This document shows, one piece after another, positions 30,140 to 38,750 of a stretch of 64,000 nucleotides of DNA. Below the pieces are notes generated by a model. It was not told the origin of the DNA. It did no database searches and saw nothing but the letters and a program-made list of their open reading frames with translations. A program made the position numbers and the translations under genes. Source of the stretch: Vicinamibacterales bacterium (GTDB lineage Bacteria > Acidobacteriota > Vicinamibacteria > Vicinamibacterales > JAMQPK01). The number at the start of each line of letters is the position of its first letter. Within the stretch, counting starts at the first letter, position 1. The DNA lies in contig DASZHO010000046.1 of the NCBI GenBank assembly GCA_035937795.1, forward strand, positions 936 to 64,935, written 5' to 3'.

Positions 30140-31072
30140 ATGAGGCAACAGTCAGTCGAGCCGCTGACAATCGACGAACGGCTCCTCGAACGCATCCATC
30201 GTCAGGCGAAAGCCGAGCGATGGCGCGTGCGGAAGGATGGCTTCGCTCGCGCACTCGAATCGAGCGCCCAACGCGCGTTTGCCGGACGAAGTCCGACTTC
30301 GCGAGAGCTCGAGGGATACCTTGGCTCCCTTCACCTCGAAGATCTTGCGCTCGCCTGTGCGTGCGCGGCCGGCGACGATGAGGCGTGGGAGCACTTTGTC
30401 CTCGAGCAGCGGCCTCTGCTCTATCGTGCGGCCGACGCGCTCGATCCGAGCGGCGGATCCCGGGACCTCGCGGACTCCTTGTATGCGGAGCTCTTCGGCC
30501 TTCGCTCCAGCGACGGCGAGCGGCAATCGCTGTTTCGCTATTTTCATGGGCGCAGCAGCTTGACGACGTGGCTGCGTGCGGTGCTGGCGCAAAGGCACGT
30601 GGACCGGTTGCGGATCGGTCGCCGCCTGGAGCCACTACCAGACGACGACTCGGCACTTGCTCTTCAGGCTCCTGCACGAGCGATCGAACCGGAGCGGGAT
30701 CGCTATCTAGGACTCATGAAAGACGCGATGACGCGCGCCCTGGCCGGGCTGCCCGCGCGCGATCGGCTTCGTCTGGCCTGCTACTATGCCCAGGAGCTCA
30801 CACTCGCAGAAACGGGAAAAATCCTCGGCGAGCACGAGGCCACCGCATCGCGGGCGCTTGCCCGTACGCGCCTGGCGATCAGGCGCGCGGTGGAACATGA
30901 CCTTCGCGAGAAGGCCGGATTGACCGGCGCCGAGATCGCCCGGTGTTTCGAATCGATCGCCGAAGACGCCGGTCCCCTCAGCGTGCACGAAATGCTCGAT
31001 ACTGATGCCGGAGACTCCAAGTGCAAGGAATCCCGGCCGAATCGTTCTATGGATAAGAGGAACGCGCCGTGA
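30140..31072 (+). CDS. Sigma-70 family (ECF-like) RNA polymerase sigma factor with N-terminal extension
   Basis: Region-2-like SLYAELF...YFHGRSSLTTWLRAVLAQRHVD. Region-4 HTH LRLACYYAQELTLAETGKILGEHEATASRALARTR. Start taken at ATG 30140. Confidence 0.75.
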   Translation: MRQQSVEPLTIDERLLERIHRQAKAERWRVRKDGFARALESSAQRAFAGRSPTSRELEGYLGSLHLEDLALACACAAGDDEAWEHFVLEQRPLLYRAADALDPSGGSRDLADSLYAELFGLRSSDGERQSLFRYFHGRSSLTTWLRAVLAQRHVDRLRIGRRLEPLPDDDSALALQAPARAIEPERDRYLGLMKDAMTRALAGLPARDRLRLACYYAQELTLAETGKILGEHEATASRALARTRLAIRRAVEHDLREKAGLTGAEIARCFESIAEDAGPLSVHEMLDTDAGDSKCKESRPNRSMDKRNAP

Positions 31073-32277
31073 ACAGCTCGCGTGAACGGGACCGGTCGAT
31101 CGAGCGGTTGCTTCGACAGTCGCTCAAGACGCCCCAGAATGGCGGCGTGACGGATTCGTGTCTCGACGCCGAAACGCTGGCGGCCCTGCTCGACGGCGGA
31201 TTATCGGGCGCGGCACTCCAGATGGCGGAGTCCCATCTCGGGGACTGCGCCCGGTGCCAAAGCCTCGCGGGCGCCCTCGCGCGGATCGATTCAGCTGTTC
31301 CGGACGGGCAGCCCAAGCGCGGCGCGCGGAGCTGGCTCGCGTGGGTCGTGCCGCTGACGGCAGTCGCGGCCGCCGTCGCGGTCTGGGTGGCCGTTCCGCA
31401 TCACAGCGCCCCGTTGTCGCAGTCGACTCAACTCGAGAGCCGGACCGCTGAAACGCCGGCGCTCCAGCCGGCCGCGCCTGCCGGCCGTTCCGAAACAGCT
31501 GCGGGTGGCAATACAACTGCGGGTGGCAATACAACTCCGGGTGGCAATGACTTCGCGCGCCCGCTCGGCGTCGGTGCTCCAGCGTCTGCCGCGAAGGCGC
31601 AGACCGATGCCGCAACCGAATCCCGGCAGGCCGCGGAGCCGGTCGAGGCCGACAAGCTTACCGAACAGTCGGCCTTGTCCAAATCAAGTCCTTCGTCTGC
31701 GGCGGAGGCGCAAATTGGAGCGCCGGCCACTGCTGGGGCCAGCGCCGCGCCCGCCGGCTTCGCCGGGGCTCGTGCCGTCGCGGCGCCCGCTCAAGCCCCG
31801 GCACCTCCTGGGACAGCCGTCGGTGGCGTCGGTGGCGCGGTCGGTGGCGCGGCACCTCGAGCTTCTGCGAACGCGTTGGACGCGGAGCGCTCGACCGCGC
31901 GTCGTGCTGAGGTTGCCGCAATCGAGATCACCTCACCCGACCCGATGGTTCGCTGGCGCATCGCTGGACCCACCGTGCAGCGCTCCACGGACGGCGGTGC
32001 GGGCTGGGAAACCCAATCGACCGGGACCGTGGCTGGCCTGACGGCCGGCGCGGCGCCCTCGCCGCTGGTGTGCTGGGTGGTCGGCCGCGGTGGCGTGGTG
32101 CTGCTATCGACCGACGGCCGCAGTTGGCGGCGCGTGGCGTTTCCGGAAGCGACAGATCTGTCAACCGTCCGCGCCAGAGACGCTCGCGCCGCGGCGGTCT
32201 CGACCGCCGACGGCCGAACGTTCAGCACGACCGACGCCGGCGTCACGTGGGTTGCCCGTCCGCTGCAAGATTTCTGA
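31069..32277 (+). CDS. Anti-sigma factor (zf-HC2) with TM helix, Ala/Pro-rich linker and BNR/Ycf48-like C-terminal domain
   Basis: GTGA overlap with the sigma gene. HLGDCARCQ fits H-x3-C-x2-C. TM helix WLAWVVPLTAVAAAVAVWVAV. C-terminal STDGGAGW...STDGRSW...TTDAGVTW are BNR-like repeats. Confidence 0.7.
   Translation: MNSSRERDRSIERLLRQSLKTPQNGGVTDSCLDAETLAALLDGGLSGAALQMAESHLGDCARCQSLAGALARIDSAVPDGQPKRGARSWLAWVVPLTAVAAAVAVWVAVPHHSAPLSQSTQLESRTAETPALQPAAPAGRSETAAGGNTTAGGNTTPGGNDFARPLGVGAPASAAKAQTDAATESRQAAEPVEADKLTEQSALSKSSPSSAAEAQIGAPATAGASAAPAGFAGARAVAAPAQAPAPPGTAVGGVGGAVGGAAPRASANALDAERSTARRAEVAAIEITSPDPMVRWRIAGPTVQRSTDGGAGWETQSTGTVAGLTAGAAPSPLVCWVVGRGGVVLLSTDGRSWRRVAFPEATDLSTVRARDARAAAVSTADGRTFSTTDAGVTWVARPLQDF
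31501..31550 (+). repeat. In-frame 18-bp tandem repeat (2.8 copies) encoding AGGNTT
   Basis: GCGGGTGGCAATACAACT x2, then CCGGGTGGCAATGA, read directly inside the anti-sigma linker. Confidence 0.9.
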
Positions 32278-32360
32278 CCGGCTCCGTTCTAAGGACACGG
32301 GCCCTCGGCGACCGCAATCCGGCGGCGCGGCCGGGCCCGGCATCCGAAAGGAGCCGTTCC

Positions 32361-33830
32361 ATGTCACCACGCTTCTGGTTCGCGGCGCTCGGGCTTGGCA
32401 TCGCCGCCAGTCTCCCTCTCCATCGCACGGCGTTCTCGCCGGTTGTGCGCGCGGCAGCGCAGGAGGCCGCGACGACCACGCTCGACGATCAGGCCGAGCT
32501 GGCCGTCACTGTCTACAACTCGGATATCGCGCTCGTGCGCGACGTGCGCAATCTCCAACTTGCGCGCGGTACGTCCGATCTGCATTTCATGGACATCGCC
32601 GCCACCGTGAACCCGGCGACCGTGCATTTCCGGTCGCTCACCGAACCGTCGCGCGTGAGGGTCCTCGAGCAGAACTACGAGTACGACCTGCTCGAGCCCG
32701 AAAAGCTTCTGCGGAAGTACGTCGGCCGCGACGTGACCCTCGTCCGAACCCGCCGCGATCTGAATACGACCCGGGACGAAGAAGTGAAGGCGCACCTGCT
32801 CAGCTACAACAACGCGCCGGTCTGGCAGATCGACGGCGAGATCGTCACCGGCATGCAGGCCGATCACATCAGGTTTCCGGAGTTGCCCGGCAATCTGTAC
32901 TCGCGGCCGACGCTCATCTGGACGCTCGACAACAGCGGTGGCGCGCGGCATCGCGTTGAAGCGTCGTACTTGGCCGGGAAGCTGTCGTGGAACGCTGACT
33001 ATGTGCTCACGGTGGGGCGCGATGACAAGACGGCCGATATCGACGGCTGGGTGACGGTGACCAACGGCAGCGGGACTTCCTTCAATAACGCCAAATTGCA
33101 ACTGGTGGCCGGTGACCTCAACCGCGTGCGGCAGGTCTTCGGCAGGATGGAACTCGATGCCGTGGAGAAGAGTGCGGTGGCGGGCGCGGTTCCGGCGATG
33201 TCGCAAGAGGCATTCTCCGACTACCACCTCTACTCGCTGGCTCGCAAGACGACGATCAGCAACAACGAGACCAAGCAGGTGAGCATGCTCGGCGCGACCG
33301 CCTTCCCCGTGCAGAAGCGTTACGTCGTCGAGGGACAGAACTTCTATTACCACAACGCCCAGCACCCGGGCGCGCCCATCAAGAACGTCGTGCAGGTGTA
33401 CTACCAGTTCAAGAACGAAGAGAAGGCCGGGCTTGGCATGCCGATGCCGGCCGGAAATGTCCGCGTCTACCAGTCCGACTCCACAGGCGGCGTGCAGTTC
33501 GTCGGCGAAGATCGGATCGATCACACGCCGAAAGACGAAGCGATCAATCTCAAGATCGGCAACGCGTTTGACGTCGTCTGTGAGCGGAAGCAGACAGACT
33601 TCGAAAAGATCGCCGGCAGCACCTACGAGGTCGAGTACGAGATCACGCTGCGCAACCACAAGGCTCTGCCGGTGACCGTCGAGGTCAACGAGCCGCTTGG
33701 CGGCACCTGGCGCATGCTGCAGTCGTCACACACGTGGACCAAAACGGCGGCGTGGGCGGCACAGTTCATGGTGCCGGTGAACCCGGATGGAACGGCTGTA
33801 TTGAAATACAGGGTGCGGGTGACGTATTAG
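32361..33830 (+). CDS. DUF4139 domain protein (MuiA-like)
   Basis: ATG 32361 is preceded by AAAGGAG. Signal peptide present. AVTVYNSDIALVRDVRNLQLARGTSDLHFMDIAATVNPATVHFRSL is typical of DUF4139/DUF4140. Confidence 0.75.
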   Translation: MSPRFWFAALGLGIAASLPLHRTAFSPVVRAAAQEAATTTLDDQAELAVTVYNSDIALVRDVRNLQLARGTSDLHFMDIAATVNPATVHFRSLTEPSRVRVLEQNYEYDLLEPEKLLRKYVGRDVTLVRTRRDLNTTRDEEVKAHLLSYNNAPVWQIDGEIVTGMQADHIRFPELPGNLYSRPTLIWTLDNSGGARHRVEASYLAGKLSWNADYVLTVGRDDKTADIDGWVTVTNGSGTSFNNAKLQLVAGDLNRVRQVFGRMELDAVEKSAVAGAVPAMSQEAFSDYHLYSLARKTTISNNETKQVSMLGATAFPVQKRYVVEGQNFYYHNAQHPGAPIKNVVQVYYQFKNEEKAGLGMPMPAGNVRVYQSDSTGGVQFVGEDRIDHTPKDEAINLKIGNAFDVVCERKQTDFEKIAGSTYEVEYEITLRNHKALPVTVEVNEPLGGTWRMLQSSHTWTKTAAWAAQFMVPVNPDGTAVLKYRVRVTY

Positions 33831-33894
33831 CAAAGCTGGCGGCCTCGAATTGTCGCGCGAGCAACGCGCGCCGGCTCAGCGCGCGAGGGCTTCG

Positions 33895-35085
33895 TTACCC
33901 GCCGACCGGTAGGAACACGATGCACACGGGCGCGCCGATGTCGCTGACGGTTTGAGCCGGCATCATGCGGCCTGTCTTGGCATCTACACGAAAGACGACG
34001 ATGGAATTCGAGTTCTGGTTGGCGGCAAACAGAAAATTGCCCGAGGGATCGAGGGTGAAATATCGGGGCGTTTGTCCGTTGGTGGCTGCGTGTCCCAAGG
34101 GGGTGAGTTTTCCGGTTGTCTCATCGATCGAAAAGATCGCGATGCTGTCGTGCCCCCGGTTGGAGACGTACAGGAATCGTCCCGCGGGATCGATTTGAAT
34201 TTCGGCCGTCGAGCTCGTACCCTGGAACCCCGAAGGCAACGTGGAAATCGTCTGGAGCTCCTGCAGGCTTCCCCGGCCTGCGTCCCAGGCAAAGGCGGAA
34301 ACCGTCGAGGCCATCTCGCCGTTGACGTACACATATTTCGCGTTCGGATGGAATGCGAGATGGCGCGGGCCTGAGCCGCCGCGTATTTTCGCGAATGGCG
34401 GCGAGTTCGGGCTCAGCGTGCCTTTGACGGGATCGAAGCGATACACGATCACCTGATCCAGCCCGAGATCCGCCGTGAGCACGAACCGGTTGTCGGGCGA
34501 CGGCGCCGCGAAGTGCGCGTGAGGACCGGTCTGGCGAACCGGATCGACGCTCGTTCCGCGGTGCTGATCGAATCCCGTTGCTTCCCCCAGACGGCCGTCC
34601 GGGAGAATCGGCAGCGCGGCGACGCTGCCGCTGCCGTAATTGGCGACGAACACCGTCTTGCCTGTTTTGTCGATCGAAACATGGCAGGGGCCTTCGCCAC
34701 GTGACGACACTTTGTTCAGGAACCTGAGCGCTCCTGTCTTCGGGTCGATAGCAAAGGCGCTGACGCTGTTGTTTTTGCCTGGCCCGTCGCCGGTTTCGTG
34801 TTCGTTCGCGGCAAACAGATAGCGGCCGCTCGGATGCACGGCCAGAAAGGACGGACTCGGTGTCTCCGCAGCAAGCCCGATCGGCGTCAGCTTCCCGGCG
34901 GCCGGCTGGAAACGGTACGCGTAAATGCCCTTGCTGGCCGCCTGAGTGTAGGTGCCGACATAGACGAAGTACTCCCGGGCAGGGGTCTGTGCCCTCGCGG
35001 GCGACATCAGCCAGCCCGTTGAGGCCAGGCCGGTCAGCCCGGTGACGACTATCCACGCGCGAAGACTTCGAACCGATTGCGCCAT
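33895..35085 (-). CDS. Lactonase-family 7-bladed beta-propeller (6-phosphogluconolactonase-like)
   Basis: Start at the internal ATG 35085 (MAQSVRSLRAWIVV..., a signal peptide). YVGTYT...GIYAYRF...SFLAVHPSGRYLFAANE...GPCHVSID...GPRHLAFHPN. Confidence 0.8.
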   Translation of the reverse strand: MAQSVRSLRAWIVVTGLTGLASTGWLMSPARAQTPAREYFVYVGTYTQAASKGIYAYRFQPAAGKLTPIGLAAETPSPSFLAVHPSGRYLFAANEHETGDGPGKNNSVSAFAIDPKTGALRFLNKVSSRGEGPCHVSIDKTGKTVFVANYGSGSVAALPILPDGRLGEATGFDQHRGTSVDPVRQTGPHAHFAAPSPDNRFVLTADLGLDQVIVYRFDPVKGTLSPNSPPFAKIRGGSGPRHLAFHPNAKYVYVNGEMASTVSAFAWDAGRGSLQELQTISTLPSGFQGTSSTAEIQIDPAGRFLYVSNRGHDSIAIFSIDETTGKLTPLGHAATNGQTPRYFTLDPSGNFLFAANQNSNSIVVFRVDAKTGRMMPAQTVSDIGAPVCIVFLPVGG

Positions 35086-35126
35086 CGGTGGACCATACGC
35101 CCAGGGCAACCGTCGAGTCAACCGCG

Positions 35127-35196
35127 GAAAGCCGATGTGGAAAGCCGATGTGGAAAGCCGATGGCGCGGAAAGCCGATGGCCGCCGAAAGCCGATG
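35127..35196 (+). promoter_or_regulatory. Five direct copies of GAAAGCCGATG (iteron-like) in a divergent promoter region
   Basis: Copies start at 35127, 35140, 35153, 35169 and 35186 (spacing 13, 13, 16, 17 bp). They lie between the lactonase start (35085, -) and the cytochrome c start (35236, +). Confidence 0.85.
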
Positions 35197-35235
35197 GCTT
35201 GCAGTGCGCGTGGCCGCCGGTGAAGAATACGCACC

Positions 35236-36456
35236 GTGGGAAAGCGCTATCTCGGTGCCCTCGTGCTCGGTGTGGCCTGCTTTGCGCTGGGAGCGGCGTT
35301 CCAGAGGTTCTACGACACACGCAGAGCCGCCGCCGCGGAGGCGGCGCGGACGATCAAGCCGCCGCCGGAGCCCGGCAACAACAACGGCGCGGTGAACCCG
35401 GCACCCATCCAGTTCGATCACGAGCCCCTGTGGGCCTACGGCTTCGACACGCGTCCGGCGCCCGGCGAAAAGGCGCAGCCTCAGGCTCCGCCGAACAGAA
35501 ACCTGCGCCCGAACGAAGATCCCGTCGAGCAAACGCGGGCCCGGCATGTGGACGGGAGCAGAGCCGCCTATTCGCTGGTGGACGTGCGCGACGGACAAAA
35601 TGTGATCGACTGGTTTCCGGGCGATCACCCCGCCATGCCGGACGTGGTGGCGCACGGCCCGGCCCGCCTGGGTGCGGCCACGCGCGGGTGCGCCTCGTGC
35701 CACCTTCCCAACGGGAAAGGCCGCCCCGAAAATGCGCAGCCGGGCGGGCTGCCCCTCGCCTATTTCATGCGCCAGATCCAGGACTTTCGCAACGGGCTGC
35801 GGCACACCGCCGATCCGAGGAAGCCGAACACGAACACGATGATCGATCTCGCGAAAGCGATGACAGACGAAGAGGTCAAGGCCGCGGCGGAATACTTCGC
35901 GGCCATCAGGTACACGCCGTGGATCCGCGTGGCGGAAACGGAACTGGTTCCGAAAACGAAGATTTCGGGAAACTTGTTTCTTCCGATCGAGCAGGCCCCT
36001 TGGTCAAAGACCGAACCGATCGCCGGGCGGATCATCGAGATGCCCGAGAACGTGGAGCAGGCCGAGACGCTGCGCAATCCGCACTCGGGGTTTGTCGCCT
36101 ACGTGCCGGTGGGCGCGATCAAGAAGGGCCAGGACCTCGTCACGACCGGAGGCATGAGGGTGGTCGGGAACGAGATCGTGCAGGGAAAGACGACGCCGTG
36201 CGTGACGTGCCACGGGTTGGATTTGATGGGTGTGGCCGACGTGCCGCCCATCGCAGGCCGTTCCCCGAGCTACATCGTGCGGCAGGTGTGGGACATCCAG
36301 CAAGGCACACGAAACGGCGCCGCGGTGCAGTTGATGAAGATGGCGGTCGCGAAGCTCAACGAAGACGACCTCGTCAATATTGCGGCGTACGTGTCGTCCC
36401 GCGTGCCTCCACGAGCGCATGTTCCCGAAAAGCGGAGCGCCGGGCTCCTGCGCTAG
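35236..36456 (+). CDS. Membrane-anchored di-haem c-type cytochrome
   Basis: GTG start, N-terminal TM helix, and two CxxCH motifs (CASCHLP, CVTCHGL). Confidence 0.8.
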   Translation: MGKRYLGALVLGVACFALGAAFQRFYDTRRAAAAEAARTIKPPPEPGNNNGAVNPAPIQFDHEPLWAYGFDTRPAPGEKAQPQAPPNRNLRPNEDPVEQTRARHVDGSRAAYSLVDVRDGQNVIDWFPGDHPAMPDVVAHGPARLGAATRGCASCHLPNGKGRPENAQPGGLPLAYFMRQIQDFRNGLRHTADPRKPNTNTMIDLAKAMTDEEVKAAAEYFAAIRYTPWIRVAETELVPKTKISGNLFLPIEQAPWSKTEPIAGRIIEMPENVEQAETLRNPHSGFVAYVPVGAIKKGQDLVTTGGMRVVGNEIVQGKTTPCVTCHGLDLMGVADVPPIAGRSPSYIVRQVWDIQQGTRNGAAVQLMKMAVAKLNEDDLVNIAAYVSSRVPPRAHVPEKRSAGLLR

Positions 36457-36464
36457 GGCATTTC

Positions 36465-37088
36465 ATGCGCATCGCGATCGTTGGCGCGCCAGGGATCGGG
36501 AAAAGTACGCTCCTGCGGCAACTCGGCGATCTCTACCACAACGGATCCTACGGAGAGGGCGAGGAGGGCGTCTGGGATCCGCGGGTGCTCGAAGACATCG
36601 GCGCGGGCCGCAATCCGGTTGGCGTGACGGCCTACTTCGGCTGTCTCTACGATGCAAACTATCGGGATGCCGCCCGTCACGACGGCCAGGACAAAGTCAT
36701 TTTCTTTGAAGGCGCCCGCATCACGCTGGAAGCGCACATCGCGGAATACCCGCCTCAGTACCACGCCGAGCTCCGCAAGGTGATCGCGATTGGCGACACG
36801 TGGAATCCCGACAAGACCATCGTGCTGACGTCGAGCACCGACACGATCGAGAAACACATCAAGCAGCGCAACCGGCCGCACGAGAGCGCGGAGAACATGG
36901 TGCGGCGGTTCCGTCTGATCGACGGTGAGTTCCGCCGCCTCGCGCCGCGGTATCCGAACACCATTGTGATCAACCGTGACGGCAGGGAATTCCACAGTCG
37001 CGACGGCCTGGTACACATCATCGACGCCGCGAGCCTGCCGGCGTTCCGGGAAATCCCGTATGAAAGGCGCGACCGCGACGCCGGGTGA
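36465..37088 (+). CDS. P-loop nucleoside/nucleotide-kinase-like protein
   Basis: Only the C-terminal 207 aa of ORF 35088..37088 is accepted. Walker A MRIAIVGAPGIGKST. dNK-like lid KHIKQRNRPHE. Confidence 0.6.
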   Translation: MRIAIVGAPGIGKSTLLRQLGDLYHNGSYGEGEEGVWDPRVLEDIGAGRNPVGVTAYFGCLYDANYRDAARHDGQDKVIFFEGARITLEAHIAEYPPQYHAELRKVIAIGDTWNPDKTIVLTSSTDTIEKHIKQRNRPHESAENMVRRFRLIDGEFRRLAPRYPNTIVINRDGREFHSRDGLVHIIDAASLPAFREIPYERRDRDAG

Positions 37089-37099
37089 TCGGGGATTCG

Positions 37100-38707
37100 C
37101 TACTGGGGTTTCGAGAAGTCGACGTCGAGCTGCACCGGCTTGGAAGTGGCGGTTATCGAGAAACGGCGCTCGTCGCCGGCCGCATTCTTCACGATGACGA
37201 TCCGGGTCCCGAGATTGACCTTCCGATTCTGGATCGGCGTCTCGCCGACCGGCGCGCCGTCGATCGACACCTCAGCCGGCGGCGTTGAGGTGATGCTTAT
37301 CGTCGTCTGCGGCACGAGGTTCAGCGTGCCGGTTTCCCCCGGCTTGATGTCCACCGTCCTGACTTCGTCGTAGCCGAACGAGCGATTCTGAAAGCGCAGC
37401 TTGTGCGGTCCGGCAGAAATCGTCGTCCGGCCGCGGTCATCGAGCCGAACCGGCTGATTGCCCTCGCTGATGTCGATGTCAAACGGCGAGAACACCGCCA
37501 GCGTGCCGGAGAAAATCGATTCGCTCAATTCGGCGGTCTTTCCGTCCGCAATCGTCACGTTCCGGCGCACCGAGCCCTCCTGGTTCTCGATCGCGACGTT
37601 GTGCGGACCGGCTGACAGCCCTTCAACTGTCAGCGGCGTCTTGCCGCGCAAGACGCCGTCCACGAGCACGCGCGCGCCGGCGGGGTCCGATTCAACCTGC
37701 AGGCTACCTGTCGCCTTCGTCGTCCAGTCCACACGTTCGACAAGATGCTCGCGCGCGCCGACAACCAGCTCTTTCGTGCGTGTCATGTCGCCGCTCCGGA
37801 ACTCGATGACATGCCGGCCTCGAGCAACTTTCGCCGTGAGCGGCGTGGTGCCCACGAGCGCGCCATCGATGAAGACCTGGGAACCCGGAGGGCCGGTCTC
37901 GAGCGCCACCTCGCCTGAGATGAGATCTGCCTCCAGTTTCGGCCAGTAATTCAGACCGGCCGCGACAATCGCTATCAGAACGGCCAGGGCAAGGACGCGC
38001 GGCAGCCACCGGACGATCGGGTCGCGCCACTCGCGTGCGGCGGCCGTCGCGTTTGACATCAGCGAAGGAGCGGGCTCGGCCTCTTCCGCCGGTTCCTCGA
38101 TGGGCTCAGGCTCGAATGCCGGCTCCGGCCGCCGGGGGGGTGCTGCTGGAGCAGCCGCTACAGGACCCGGGGCAGCCGCCGCGCGAACTGGAGCGGGCGG
38201 CAAGGGAACTGGAGCGGCCGCGCGAACCGGAGCGGCCGGCACGCGAACTGGAGCCCGCTCGGCCGCTGTGACAGCGGGCTGGCGCACCCTCTCACTCACC
38301 GCCGCGGCGGCCATCCCACCCGTGCGCCGGCCGCGCACCCAGTCTGCAACCGCGCGACCCGCAGCGATGAGCTGCGTGCGGCCGGGCCCCGAGGCGAGGC
38401 ACTGGCGGATCAGTTCCGCGAAGCCTCCCGAAGCGTCTGCCGCGAGGTTGCCATCCGACCTGGGTGCCCGAAACGTCAACGTGCGCACGCCGCCGGGCAC
38501 GGCGCGCAGGTGCGCAATCAGCTCGGCTTGCCCGTCCTCGGCCTCAGGCGGCAGAAGCACGAGATCGGGCAGACGCCGATTGACTGCCGTCATGGCGACG
38601 GCGTACGAATCGGCCCCCATGAGCTCGTGGCCGGGCAGCTCGCGTGCCAGGCGCTCGAGCGCTGCCGTCTGGCGTCCCTGAGGATTAATCGCAAGGATCA
38701 GCGCCAT
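37100..38707 (-). CDS. PEGA-domain protein with N-terminal receiver-like (pseudo-receiver) domain and one TM helix
   Basis: Start at ATG 38707 (MALILAINPQG...PDLVLLPPE). Ala/Pro-rich linker and TM helix LALAVLIAIVAAGL. At least 3 PEGA units (VFIDGALVGTTPL, VLVDGVLRGKTPL, VSIDGAPVGETPI). Confidence 0.75.
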   Translation of the reverse strand: MALILAINPQGRQTAALERLARELPGHELMGADSYAVAMTAVNRRLPDLVLLPPEAEDGQAELIAHLRAVPGGVRTLTFRAPRSDGNLAADASGGFAELIRQCLASGPGRTQLIAAGRAVADWVRGRRTGGMAAAAVSERVRQPAVTAAERAPVRVPAAPVRAAAPVPLPPAPVRAAAAPGPVAAAPAAPPRRPEPAFEPEPIEEPAEEAEPAPSLMSNATAAAREWRDPIVRWLPRVLALAVLIAIVAAGLNYWPKLEADLISGEVALETGPPGSQVFIDGALVGTTPLTAKVARGRHVIEFRSGDMTRTKELVVGAREHLVERVDWTTKATGSLQVESDPAGARVLVDGVLRGKTPLTVEGLSAGPHNVAIENQEGSVRRNVTIADGKTAELSESIFSGTLAVFSPFDIDISEGNQPVRLDDRGRTTISAGPHKLRFQNRSFGYDEVRTVDIKPGETGTLNLVPQTTISITSTPPAEVSIDGAPVGETPIQNRKVNLGTRIVIVKNAAGDERRFSITATSKPVQLDVDFSKPQ

Positions 38708-38750
38708 AGGATTTGTTCCTGAAGAGCGTATAACATTGACGCTGAACAGG

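Noticed and set aside
35086-35805. N-terminal 240 aa of minus ORF 33895..35805
   Set aside because: It runs through the repeat array and the cytochrome c gene. The lactonase signal peptide starts at ATG 35085.
35088-36464. First 459 aa of the 666-aa + ORF 35088..37088
   Set aside because: Extremely Arg/Gly-rich, out of frame with and overlapping the di-haem cytochrome c gene. Only the part from ATG 36465 (Walker A) is credible.
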